From Bispira polyomma (taxonomy: Eukaryota): a stretch of 64,000 bases of DNA. Position 1 is the stretch's first letter. Every line of letters begins with the position of its first letter. The stretch spans positions 1,178,001 through 1,242,000 of the forward strand of contig OZ287749.1 in the NCBI GenBank assembly GCA_965649765.1, given 5' to 3'. A program made the position numbers and the translations under genes. Positions 52,140 to 64,000 of the stretch are shown one piece after another. The notes beneath the pieces are model-generated. The model made no database searches, was not told the origin of the DNA, and saw only the letters and a list, made by a program, of their open reading frames with translations.

Positions 52140-55100
52140 GAACATGGTTTATATTTGAAGGCTAGGTTATTAGGAGCAAATATCTATACCTCATCCCAAG
52201 AAATACTATTGCATTCCGTTTGACCAGAGACCACTTTTAGTTGAGTTGGACAAAGCTATAGTGTTAGCTAATGGTGAAGCTTTAAGACCTCAGGGGCAGG
52301 TAAAACTGCCACTTAGGACTACCGCAGGTGTCTTCTATCAGAATGTTGTGGTTGTGGAAACCAATGAGCCAATGATTCTGGGTAATGTCTTCTTGTGTAG
52401 CAACCAATGTTTGATTGATGTAGCAAATCAGACCTTATTTGTAGGGGACAAGAGTGTTCATTGTACTCTGGAAAATAAGTTAGATTCACTGTTTAGACTT
52501 AGGCTAGCTGAGGACATAAGGGTTCCTGGGAATTCTGAGATGATTATCCCTGGCTATGTGCTGCAGGACGACGACATAACTTTACCCAAAGAGGCTATAA
52601 TCGAAACATCAAATTTGTGCTCAGAGAGGGGAATTGTAATGGCTAGGTCTTTAGTAGATCCTAGTCAAGGGTTAGTTCCGGTAAGAGTTACGAATCCATC
52701 AGCGTGGAATTCAGTTATACAAATATATTGTGTCTGGTAGACAGTGTATGTGATCCTTCTTGTGGGGAAAAGTTGAATGTAGTGAAGAAATCACAGGCAG
52801 GCTTGGAATTATCAGAACATTTGGAACCAGTTTTTAAAGAGAGTAAGGAAATATTAAACTCTACTCAACAGGAGTTAGTACAGTCACTTCTAGTTTCATA
52901 TTACAATCTGTTTGCCAAGTCAAAACTAGATAGGGGTAAAACCCATTTAGTTTACCATAAAGTAGATACAGGTAATGAGAAACCCATTAAACAAAGACCC
53001 CGCAGGTTACCCCTTGCTCAGCGTCAAGTAGAACGTGAGGAAGTAGGAAAAATGTTACAAACTGGGGTCATAGAACCATCTAGTAGTCCTTGGGCTTCAC
53101 CAGTGGTTTTGGTCAAAAAGAAAGATGGCTCTATTAGGTACTGCATTGATTATAGACAGTTGAACAATATTAATTTAAAAGATTCCTATCCATTACCTCA
53201 TCATTAGGATTGTTTGGAAGCTCTTAGGGAATCAAAATGGTTCTCCACTCTCTATTTACAGAGTGGATATTGGCAAATCGAGACGGACTCTAATGATAGG
53301 GAAAAGACAGCTTTTGCTAGCATGAGTGGGTTGTTCCAATTTCTTGTTATGCCTTTTGGTCTGACAAATGCCCCCCGGAACTTTTGAGAGATTGATGGAT
53401 AAGGTCTTTAAGGAATTAAATCCAGAAATATGTTTGATCTATCTTGATGACATTATTGTAAAGGGTGCAACTTTTGATGAACATGTTGAAAATCTTACAA
53501 AGGTAGGTTAATGGCTGCTGGATTGAAGTTATCCCCTAAAAAGTGTCACTTGTTTCAAGAAGAGGTTACATTTCTTGGACATATAGTATCAAAGGAGGGA
53601 ATCTCGACTGATCCTAAGAAGATTGAAGCAGTAGTTGGTTGGCCAGTTCCTAAGTCTCTCAAGGAATTAAAGAGTTTCCTAGGGCTTTGTTCCTACTATA
53701 GGAAATTCATTAAGGGGTTTTCTACTATGACTAAACCATTGCATAAACTTACAGAGAAGGATGTAAAGTTTGTATGGCACTATGACTGTCAAAATGCTTT
53801 TACTAGACTCAAGCAATTGCTTACAAGAGCCCCGATATTGACTTATCCGGACCCTGGGGATCTTTTATTCTTGACGCTGATGCCAGTGGTGTTGGGTTAG
53901 GTGCTGTCTTGTCTTAAACACAAGATGGGTCTGACAAGGTGATAGGGTATTACAGCAGAGCCTTGACCAAAAGTGAAAGATCTCATTGTATGACCCATAG
54001 GGAGTTACTGGCGTTCGTTGACTCCATTAAGTATTTCCATCCATATCTCTATGGGGTTCCCTTCCTGATTAGGAGTGACCATGGTTCATTAAAGCGGTTC
54101 TTTAATTTCAAGAATCTTGAGGGGCAATTGGGAAGGTGGAATGAATTGCTGGGTTGTTATAACTTTAAGTTGATACATAGACTGGGTAAATTGCATGGGA
54201 ATGGTGATGGTTTATCAAGCAGACCATGCAGTGATTGTAGTTATTGCGACAAGGTTGACAAAGGTACAAAGGGAGAGGAGTTTAGAAATGCTTGTTCCTG
54301 TAGGCAGATTAAGGCTGTGGAGGGAAGAAAAGCAGTGGTAAATTGGGTTGAGGCTAAAACCTCATCAGATATTCAGGAAGCCCAGCATCAAGACCCTCAT
54401 ATAGGTACAGTCAAAGGTTGGAAGGAGAGTGGTGAGGGTAGACCTGAGTGGCGAAGAGTAGTGTGGTCAAGACCTACTGGTCGAAATGGGATAGGCTGAT
54501 ATTGCAAGATGGGATACTGTACAGAAAATGGTGAGAAGTTGGGAGTAAAACTCCTACTTATCAGGGTCTCCTTTTAAAAGGATTGCTTTGGACATTACTG
54601 GTAGGCTTCCGGAAAATGACAGAGGTAACAGGTATATTCTTGTTATAAGCGATTATTTCACTAGGTGGGTGGAGGCTTTCGCTATTCCTGACATGGAAGC
54701 TAAAACTGTAGCTGAGGTTCTGTTGCATGGTTTTATTTCGAGGTATGGTGTACCTTCTCAGATACAAAGTGACCAGGGGTCCCAATTCGAGTCAAACTTG
54801 TTTCAGGAGTTACGCAAGGTATTAGATATTGAAAAAAAAACAAGGACAACTCCATATCACCCACAAAGTGATGGCTTGGTTGAAAGGTTTAATCGTACAT
54901 TGGAGGATATGTTAAGCAAACTTGTGGATGATAAACAGAGGAATTGGGATGAAGTATTGCCTCTTGCTATGTTGGCATATAGATCTTGTGTTCATGAAAG
55001 TACAGGCCAATCTCCGGTCAAGATGCTCTTTGGTAGGGAAGTACAACTTCCGTTTGATTTGGTTTTAGGTGCTCCCCGTGTGGAAGTTTCAGATCACCAG

Positions 55101-55724
55101 CTTTGTTCATCTTATGTGAATGACCTTAGGGATAGGGTGCATTATATTCATGATTTGGCCAGGGAAAAGATGTTATTTGCCAGTGGTCAGCAGAAAAAGG
55201 CTTATGATTTCAGGCAGAACTTCAAGAATTATCATGTAGGTGACAGTGTTTATTTGCATAATCTAGCTAGGAAAGTAGGAGCTAGTGGTAAACTGCATTG
55301 TCCTTGGACTGGTCCTCTTCTGGTGGTTGGCCAGATTTCAGACTTAATTTACACTATACAGAAGTCTCCTGGGGGTGTAAAGAAACATGTTCATCATGAT
55401 AGGTTGAAACTTTCATTTGCTAAGTTAGATAGCTGGTTAAGAGGTCATGGTTCAGGTGTTGATGATATTGTGTTTGGTGTGCTAATTGATATTGTATCAG
55501 ATGTTGGACTTCCAGGTGATGTGGTGCCGGAGGCTGAGCCCGTTGGTTCAGTGGATGAAGTGACTGATAGTGAGCCTGGTAAAACAGGATATACTACTAA
55601 TGACATTGGGCACTCTGGTAAAACGGAGCCTGCTGTAAATCCTGTGCTCCCTGGTAAAACAGAGGGCGATTCATTTTCAGGTGGTGCGAATGATGTCGTT
55701 GTGCAACGGACGATGTGTTATTAA
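52140..55724 (+). pseudogene. Gypsy pol (protease, RT, RNase H, integrase), with frameshifts and deletions
   Basis: ILG protease tail, [61 protein letters not shown]; integrase HHCC region appears deleted near 54560. Confidence 0.93.
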
Positions 55725-55874
55725 CGGCGCACTAGACTTCCTAGAAGACTTGAAGATTTTCAGCTAAAACGTTGTTTTACAGAGGATTTTTAGGTCAGCT
55801 AGTAAACAGAGGTATATGTTATTTAAGGGTAAAACCTGACATTAAAGATTACTTTATGGACGGTATATTTGCAG

Positions 55875-56340
55875 TGTTATCCAAAAGTGTATCAAGTGTG
55901 GCTTTGTCACTTACAACGTAAAAGATGGTGAGACACATCTTGAAGAGATCCATGGACCGAAATACCGCTGCTCTGCGGCAGACTGCGGCTTCATACTGCC
56001 TGCTTCTAGGATGGGATCTTTTCAGGAGCATTTTGAGGACAGACACCCTACGTTAAGTCTAGGGAATCCTATTCCACTTCAGAAGAGGAAGAGAGATGTG
56101 TATATACCTCTCAGTCCAGTAATGTTGCACTCTTGTGGATCAGGTAGATGGCTTCCGGCTGGTAGCATTAACCCTTTGGGATTAGAGGTCTCTGAAGCTC
56201 AGGATGATACGTTTTACATGCAGTGTCTGTCAGAGTGGAGAGATGAACAGGAGGATGGATTTCTCCAGTTGTTCGACGAGAAACCAGAGGCTGATGTTCC
56301 TGTAATCCACACCGGGTTGACCGTTATGCTTATGCCGTAG
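55875..56340 (+). CDS. Extra ORF3 of the Gypsy element with two C2H2-type zinc fingers
   Basis: Frame open 55846-56340: CIKC-x12-HLEEIH, then CSAADC-x14-HFEDRH; no ATG before the fingers; acceptor tatatttgcag ends at 55874. Confidence 0.65.
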
Positions 56341-56831
56341 AAGTTGACTGAGGTGGACGTACCCAGGACCACTCCATTGTTCCTTTCTGAACTGCCGGAC
56401 CTGCGGAGGTGGATGGATCCCAGACTTCAATGAACTTTCTCTTTAAATTTTAAAGGTTAAATTTAAGTGCATGATGGCACAAGAGTTAATGGACAGAGAC
56501 AATTGATTTAGTAATGTAGGATTGAGAGATTGTAAACATTTTTTTTGTGTGTTTTTCTTTATTAATGTATTGATCATATACAATTGATTTAATAATGTAA
56601 TTTGAGATTGTAATTTTTGTATTGATCAAATATTTTCAATGGAAATTGTATTATTACATTTTTGTTGATATTTTTCTTTCATGATTACTGTGTTTTACTT
56701 TAATGAATACTATGTATGTTTTTTTTTGATTGTTGATAGGATTCTGTATAAGAAATACTATGTGTTATAATGTACTTTATGTAATGAATTGTAGCTCGAG
56801 GACAAGCTTTTCTTTTGTCGATGGGGGGTAA

Positions 56832-57471
56832 TAAAGCGGTTACGTTAGTGAAGCGGTTACGCAATTACGAACCGATACGGTCTTGTTGTGTTAAATTATG
56901 TATTGGGGGATATTAAGATTATTTGATTAAATACTAACCTTTGTTCATTTTCTTATATGTAACATTACTTTCCCTTGCCACATTTGTGCAGTATGTTTGC
57001 ATACGTGACAGTTTCTAGGTGGTGTCCATGCTTTGTGCAGCAGGAAGTTGTTACTTCAAAATTGGGGCACATACTAAATCTCTAAACCAATAGGGGGGCT
57101 GGGAATGTGAGTTAATTTGAGTTGTTCTGTTCTGACTGGGGTTTTGGTATATAAAGGCCTGCACTCCTCAGCATATTCGCTGTTCTGGTTGAAGGAAAAC
57201 AAGTAGTAGTCAACAACAGGAGGAATCATGAGGTGTTAGGATGTTGGGGTGAAACCCACATATTTATTTTCTAGTGTTTTCTAGGTATTGATATTTAGCT
57301 TAGTAGATATGTTAGATGTAATTTCTTGATTCTCAGCCAGCCCCAGCATTGCTGGTTAAACAGCACATCAATGTAAATATGTTTGACATCAAAATATATA
57401 TATATTTGGTTTATTTTTTTTTTATTTTTCTAGAAATTGATAATATATATAATTTGACTCGGAACATTACA
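56832..57471 (+). repeat. 3' LTR (640 bp)
   Basis: Follows the G-rich PPT; contains CCAAT and TATATAAA; ends cattaca. Confidence 0.92.
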
Positions 57472-57639
57472 AATATAACATTTGAAAATACCAAGCTAGT
57501 ACTATTTATTTAAAAGGAAGCAATTGACCCAGACTTAAATCAATGACCGACTTATTTACTGAAAAAAGGTAAATGACAGTAATTCATAACAATAATATTG
57601 TGTACTAATGGAATGACTAATAGAGGTATTTAAACTTAC

Positions 57640-57790
57640 GTAGTGCTGTGGCGCCAATTACACAAAGCTCTCCTATTATAAGCTGGCCTTCACATGTAAA
57701 TGACAACAGGATTGTGGATACATTGGAAACACCACATCGTGGCAGAGATAGATTGACAGATTGAAAGATTGTAGTATCAGAAATCAACAC
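57640..57790 (-). CDS. Host gene exon, repeat domain 1 second half (VLISDTT..LIIGELCVIGATAL)
   Basis: ttccag acceptor, gtaagt donor, 151 nt, phase 0 to 1; joins exon 48671 in frame (C+CT = Pro). Confidence 0.8.
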
Positions 57791-57973
57791 CTGGAACAAT
57801 ACACTAAAAATTATGCTAATATCATGTTAATATCTCTAAAACATTTAAGACTTTCTTAGAAACACAATATAATATAGCACTGGTCATTTTTAGGCTCATT
57901 TTGAAGTTTGGTTGGCTTATTTGCTTTTGCTTTTAGGTTTAGAAACAAATAAAATTGTGGAATTTTAGAATTG

Positions 57974-60900
57974 CAGTAATGTTTGTACCAAAATGTGATA
58001 TTAGTGAGGAGAGTGATGAGGTCAGCGGTCCATTGAGAAGGATTTCGTTGGAGAGTGAAGACATATGAACAAGAATTCTACTTGTAATACAACTTTTATT
58101 AAAACCAATAACATGTTTGGGATGACACTACATTTGTTAAAACACTAAGGGTTAGAACTACCATGACAAGTTACTCGGACACTTATATAAACTTATTTAC
58201 ATAGCTAAGTTTGCTTAATTTTAACTTGTACAGCCATTTACTTTTTAAGTTGCCATGCTAACTTTAAGTTATTCATTTGTAAGTGAAATCAGCTTTTGGT
58301 TAAGGTTGCCTTAGATTAAGCCTCATGTTGAGGTGACCTTAATCCAAGTTTAAGCATACCAACTAATTGAGGTAGGTAAACCTGTGTTTAGGATGACTTA
58401 AAGTGCTTCCAGAGCTAGACCCAACCTTAATACTTTACATTACACTAGCTGCCTTTGGAGTGGAGTTTAGATATGCCCATATGGCATCACTACGCCAGTT
58501 GCCGTGTACTTTTTCTAAAGACAAGTTGTTGTTAAAAGCCAAGGCAGCAGGTTTCAAGCCCATGCTGATTATCAGTGTTTTGAATATGCTTCGAGCCTTT
58601 GAAGGACAATTTCTTATTGATATAAATTTGGAATAATGGCTGGTGAGCAGTCAATCTAAGATACTTTATCATAGCTTTCAATGCGGCAACTGTGCAGAGT
58701 ATTGAGCCTGTCAGTTCTGGCAACTGAACCACATAATACGCCCCAGACTTTTGCATGTTCTTAGCATGCTTTGATATAAAATGAGCACCTGGCTGACCAA
58801 ATACAATGACTCTCACCATTGGAAGTCTAGACTTATCATACATAGACACCACTGGAGATACCACTAAGGCCAATCTAAACAATCCAAAAAACGCTACCAA
58901 GAACAACGCTTGAAACACAGGAGCATTAGGAATCACTTTTGCTTTCTCCAATAAAGTTTTCAACATTTCTACAGACACAACACCCTTGATATTAATCAAC
59001 AGAGGGGCATTTACTTTTACAGATCTAATCAAAAGTTGTAATTTCTTGCTCTTGAGAGCAGCAATGAGCCATTTAAAAAGAGTAAAATAGTGACTAAGTA
59101 CAGCTACCACATTTTGTAATGAAAATGCTCTTAGTCCTTGTTGACACAGCAGTTCTATGTAAGCTAGCACTGCTAACTCTGTGTAAGGTTTATCGATGTC
59201 CAATGCTACTATCACTGCCAGGAATTGTCTAAAACGTGAAGCAAAAGCTGTGGAAGTCCTGGGTCGCAGGGCAGCAGGGATTCATCTATCTGCCTTGTCC
59301 ATCAAAGCTTGAAGACACTGGCTACCTACAAGTACAGCAGATGGAGAGCAGTATTTTGCTAACAACCGCCCAGGACAGGTAGCCCACACCAGGGGGTAGT
59401 TGCAAGCTGGGGACCAGCACCACACGGGCCCGGATTCGGACGTACATGGTGGCATGCAAGCTGTCTGGGTATAAGTTGCTTAACCTTTAGGTTGTGCACT
59501 TAGTTTTCTAGATGGACCAGTCGGGTTCTAATAGTTGTGGGTCGAACGACCACCAGTCACATCTGTATAAACTAAAGGGATTGTGAGTATTCATATTGTA
59601 ATTTAACCAACGCGAGAGTATATCTGCATAAACATTTGCTTCTACTTGTATGTGACAAAATGTAATGTCAATATTATATGTTAGCAGTATTGTACGAGTG
59701 CACGCTATTAAAAAAGAATCCCTAATTTTGTAAGAATTTAATGCGTTGATAACTGCAAGGTTATCACACCAAATTATAACACGCTTTTTGGCCAAAAAAG
59801 TTGCCCAACTTCGGACTGACAGCATTAAATTTGCCATTTTGAAGTGAACTATGGTAAACCATACACGCAAGTGTTCAGGTATAACCAGTCTATACGCTTT
59901 TTTTCCATACTTTGTCCCCACTGCAAACAAAGAGGCATCTACATAAATATGCTCAGCCATGGTAGCATCTTTACTATGAATTTCGACCGAACCATTAAAT
60001 TTTTGAAGAAAAACATTAAACCAATTTACATCACGATGAAATTCATCTGAAAGTTTTGTACTGCCAATTTTGTGGGTAGCCCTTAGGGCTTGCAAGATAC
60101 GATTACCAAAAAGCCTAGACGGCTTTATGCACCTGTGTATGTACAGCAATTTTCCTGTAAGTTTTTGTAATTGATTCTTTGTTGCAGTGGTCTTATAGTC
60201 CCATTTTTTGCACATCTCTTTCACCTGGTCTATTTTTCATCTGGTATTGTAAGCTTTCCCAATTTTTTACATGTACACATATGCCCATACAGATAACCTC
60301 ATTATTAGGGCTTTCCAATATGGACATACTTATGGGCAGACTCAATTTTTCAAGAAGGACCAACAGTTAATTATATGCACTTTGCGCATGGGCAGGCTCT
60401 TCTATGTCAATAAAATCCTTGATATAGTTTATAAGCCAGTGCTTCTGACTATTCATAAGATATCTCATACTATCCGTGACTACTTGGCATAATCCGGATC
60501 CCATCTTAAAACCAAAGGGAAGTGCAATATCATTAAAACGCTGATTTTTCCACTGCAGTCCCAAGACTGAGTAATCATATGGATCTATCCTCAAAAAGCT
60601 CTCTTTCTAAAAGCTCTCTGGAGATCAATTTTGTATTTGAGGGCCTTACTACCCAAGTCTCTAATTCTCTGGACAATGGCATCCACGGTGTGATATGATA
60701 GCTTATAGTTGAGGCCAAGGTTAATACTTACATTTATCAACTAAATCACTGTTATTCCAGTCTAATTTGCCTTTCTCTATTTCTGTAGGAATCAAAGCAT
60801 AGGCCTTTTTAGCCATACGCATAGACAGCTCGATTGCGTCTTGCATAAGATTAGTTAAGATTGGGTATCGTTTTCTTCCATTACACCAAATAACAGACCT

Positions 60901-61826
60901 CAAAACCATTGGGGGGGGGGGGGGGGGGGGGTTAACTCCGCAATAATCGTGGGGACAAGCTATGGTTTTTTGATTACATGGCTACCTGCCCAAAAACGTC
61001 CTGATTTAATTGATTTGTCTGAACTCTTACCATGAGTATCAGTCCTTGAAGTGTGCTGGTATGCTCTCAATCTTTTTTCCACTTCCGCTTGAATTCTCGA
61101 GTCTGTTTTCAGGATGTCCGTGGAGGTAAGTTTAGTTAGTCCCCTTCTGCTGGTCTCCGACTTCGGTGAACTGCTTGCAGACGGCTGAGTGTTTGATACT
61201 TCTTTCAATACTAATTTCTCTTCTTGTTCTTGAAGGCGCTTATCCTGTGCATCTAATCTTTTCCTCACTGATTTTAGACAATAATACCGCGTCCAACTGT
61301 ACACCAACACTCCCTGCACCGGCATTTTCTTCTGTATCTATTACCTCAGCAATTTTATAACAAGTTGTTTTACCACTATTGTCAGTATCTAGTGATTTAC
61401 TCTTGTTTCTCAGCATTTTTAACGGATGACAGAGAAGTACAAAGTCTAAGTCCCCCTTTTTCAGTCTTTGAACCCCACCACGATTTTAGAAAACTCTTTC
61501 TTTAGAAGACTTTTTCTTTCTCTATGACCCCAATGCAAATCACCACGTACACAGCTAGCAAACTCCTCGACTGCCTAGCTGCTAGACCTTATATACTGAA
61601 GAAAATTGCGGAAAAACGTCATAAAGTTCATGTACAGTTAGCTCAACAGGCCCAGACACCAGATGAGTTAATTACCAAAGAACAATATTGATGAATATTG
61701 GTTTATACTTAGTACGGGTAGATATGAAATAAATGTTTCCTCATGTACTGACTTTTAATGCTACTATGTACGCATATATGTTCACATCTATTACATTAGT
61801 CACCTGCTATGCTACAAACATTACTG
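57974..61826 (-). mobile_element. Ngaro-like tyrosine-recombinase retrotransposon 2, internally deleted; ends tentative
   Basis: gag KSGR (about 61000); RT IDLQRAF/ALPFG; RNase H YVDAS, WCDNLAV, ANVYADILSR; YR GLFRL, HGNWRSDA; late gag and the 5' half of RT are missing near 60740. Confidence 0.88.
58410..59325 (-). pseudogene. Tyrosine recombinase of element 2 (preceded by a splice acceptor)
   Basis: ORF 58532-59215 plus upstream LRPRT..F..RF, homologous to the element 1 YR; acceptor tacttgtag at 59326-59327. Confidence 0.85.
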
Positions 61827-61853
61827 AGATGATTAAAACCCCTTATTCATGGA

Positions 61854-62070
61854 GGGGCCACAAGGTTTAGTGGCAACACATTCGCCTCCCACCGAGGCTG
61901 TCATGGGTTCGAAAACTCGGCCCTGGTATGTATGGCAATAGATTGGCTGAAAGGTGGTACTTGGCAGAACAAAAAAACATGACCAGCTATTCTGTTCTGA
62001 TTTCCTCCACCAATAAGCTGTTTGTCGTGATATGCCACAAACGTGTTGAAAGCTACATTAAGCCCGAATT
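61854..62070 (+). mobile_element. tRNA-derived SINE
   Basis: ggtttagtgg A-box-like, gggttcgaa B box, tttcctccacc core and tail similar to the SINEs at 11651 and 15832. Confidence 0.7.
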
Positions 62071-62494
62071 TATCTCAATCCTAATACATTAGGACAGTTT
62101 AATCTCATATTATTGTAAATTCCCCTCAAATGTGTTCACAAGAAAATACAATATTTTTAACAGGAAAAGGACAAAATTTAGGCACTGATGCAGACTGATA
62201 ATGAACAAGATGGAGCAAATATCAAAATAACTTATCGCATTTAAAATCAAATCATTGTAAATTGATTTAATAATCCCCCTCATAATTAAATAGCACAAGT
62301 GCTTTTCACATTTGGTGTAAAAATCCATTGGGACAGGATTTAAACAAGGTTACAAATCAACAACTGAGCCAAGGTTTGATTTGGATGAATGAGTTATTAA
62401 ATAGTCCAACAACACTGCCTTGGTAGTAATCTGTAGCCAATGTCATGTTTATATTTGCCCAATAAAGTTATCCTTCAGAAACCATTATGATACC

Positions 62495-62553
62495 ACAGAG
62501 AGTTGAACCGGAGACCTTCTGATCACCAGTTCGACTCACTAACCACTTGGCCA
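62495..62553 (-). mobile_element. tRNA-like SINE head
   Basis: Minus strand tggccaagtggttag..ccggttcaactc (A and B boxes) without a full cloverleaf. Confidence 0.55.
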
Positions 62554-62889
62554 TGTGCTAATTCTTTAGTCAGTGACTTTGACCTTCAAATCTGTAGTTT
62601 CAAACACAGTATTTGCTAAAAATACAAGGTTGATGATTGGCATAAATGATGAGGTGAGCTTACCCATCCCTATTACGGAAAAATAATCTTAGTTTAAATT
62701 GTTTAACACACTATTAAAGTTACTTTCAACTCAAAGGATTGTAATATACATTATTGAATATACAGAACCAAAAATTTTTAATTTTAGTAAAGATTTAAAT
62801 ATTTTTGAGAATATAGGTCCACGGTGGACAGCAGCTATGTACATACCCAGGGGAAAAACTTGTGTACTTAATACTAATAATAGACATAC

Positions 62890-63143
62890 CTCTTTCTGAT
62901 AAATTGTAATTTCATCTGAGTTTACCAACATAACTGTAATATTGGCAGCTTTTTTTACTTCAAAGGACAATGTCAACAAATCAAATGGTATGAAACCATT
63001 GTGTATTTTTAGCAGAGTTTCACATTTTAGGCGTCTACCATCTGTGCTAACCAAGTCATACCATAAATCTTCATCCACTTCATCAGAGTCAATAGCCGTG
63101 TGAAAAGTTGACACAATAGCACTTTCATCATAGTCAGGACAAA
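62890..63143 (-). CDS. Host gene exon, repeat domain 1 first half (CPDYDESA..LSFEVKKAANITVMLVNSDEITIYQKE)
   Basis: ttgtag acceptor, gtatgt donor, 254 nt, phase 1 to 0, open; joins exon 57790. Confidence 0.75.
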
Positions 63144-63164
63144 CTACAACATTTTATGTATAGT

Positions 63165-63660
63165 TGCGTTAACAGGTTAGTGTCATAGGCCAACTGACAT
63201 ATTTTGTATTCGTAATGTTTTACCTTTATTCCAGAGATCAATTTATTTTTCCGTTTGTTAATTGCCAAAACTTCAGCCACCAATATAAAAAGCTGAGCGG
63301 ATATGGGGCAGCCCTGCCTTGTTCCTCGGCTTTGATTAAAATACTGAGAGAAGTTACCATTGTTACTGACACATGATTGATTATCCTTGAGCAAGATTTG
63401 AATCCATTTAAATTGAAATTCTCACAATAATTGTAATGTTGCAAACATTTTATCAAAAAAGGCCGTTCTAAACTGTCAAAGGCTTTTTTGAAGTCAACTA
63501 ACAGTAAATATCCGTTTAAGTTATTTAGTTCTGCATATGTGAGAATATCTTATATAATTCTTACATGTATCTACCCTTAATATATCCCACTTGATCATTA
63601 TTTATCAGTTTTGGTGTTACTTGTTGAAGCTTGTTTGCCAAAGCCTTGGTCAAAATTGAT
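63165..63660 (-). mobile_element. L1/Tx1-type LINE RT fragment
   Basis: KALANKL..DQVGYIKGR, DFKKAFDSL, RGTRQGCPIS..LF, QLAYDT. Confidence 0.85.
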
Positions 63661-63830
63661 CCTAGTTATACCATACTTATTTTTTTATGTGGACAGATAC
63701 TTTCTATACTTATACAGAATTCAAATGGTATTAAAGGTATAATAGTTGGAACTATAGAGTACAGACTTACGCAGTTTGCCGATGACACCACACTGTTTAT
63801 AAATGAAAAAAACAAAACTTATTGGTCAGA
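63661..63830 (+). mobile_element. Second L1/Tx1-type RT fragment, opposite strand
   Basis: LCGQILSILI..IKGI..EYRLTQFADDTTLF. Confidence 0.75.
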
Positions 63831-64000
63831 TATATTCATACTGCAGCAACCATAATCGTGCTACATACTGAACATATATTACCCCTGAACGCACTGATTC
63901 AGTGTTTAACTCTTTATTATAGACTAATAATAGAGATGAATATAGCAGTCCCTCAAAACTTAAAAATGGACTACTGTGACCTTTGTTTTGGCTCTCATAA

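Larger units (their letters stand above)
49432..57471 (+). mobile_element. Gypsy/Ty3 LTR retrotransposon, both LTRs present, defective
   Basis: LTRs 49432-49849 and 56832-57471; AATA on both flanks; degenerate tRNA-Leu-like PBS at about 49853-49871; PPT near 56821-56831; gag-PR-RT-RH-IN order. Confidence 0.95.

Noticed and set aside
63165-63830. Twin-priming inversion of a single L1
   Set aside because: The two opposite-strand pieces cover the same RT segment with different sequences, so they are separate insertions

Overview
AT-rich, transposon-dense animal genomic DNA. The repeat repertoire looks invertebrate and possibly lophotrochozoan, but this cannot be proven from the window. No prokaryotic operons, rRNA, true tRNA genes or CRISPR arrays were seen. 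One multi-exon host gene runs on the minus strand across about 52 kb (63143 to stop at 11485; 5' end outside the window). It encodes four ~140-150 aa repeat domains that start with Cys (three appear to end with Cys), each split into a phase-1/0 and a phase-0/1 exon, with a Pro/Thr/Ser mucin-like linker. The introns and 3' flank hold mostly decayed elements: two PIF/Harbinger transposons (transposase plus MADF gene, TIRs, TAA/TTA TSDs), two Ngaro-like and one DIRS1-like tyrosine-recombinase (YR) retrotransposons, a full-length Gypsy LTR element with an extra C2H2 zinc-finger ORF, L2/CR1/L1 LINE pieces, tRNA-derived SINEs, MITEs and minisatellites. The most notable observation is that both divergent Ngaro-like elements keep a phase-1 splice donor inside gag (just before a KSGR motif) and a phase-1 acceptor just before an ATG-less recombinase ORF. 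This predicts a spliced Gag-N::YR fusion mRNA that skips RT/RNase H.
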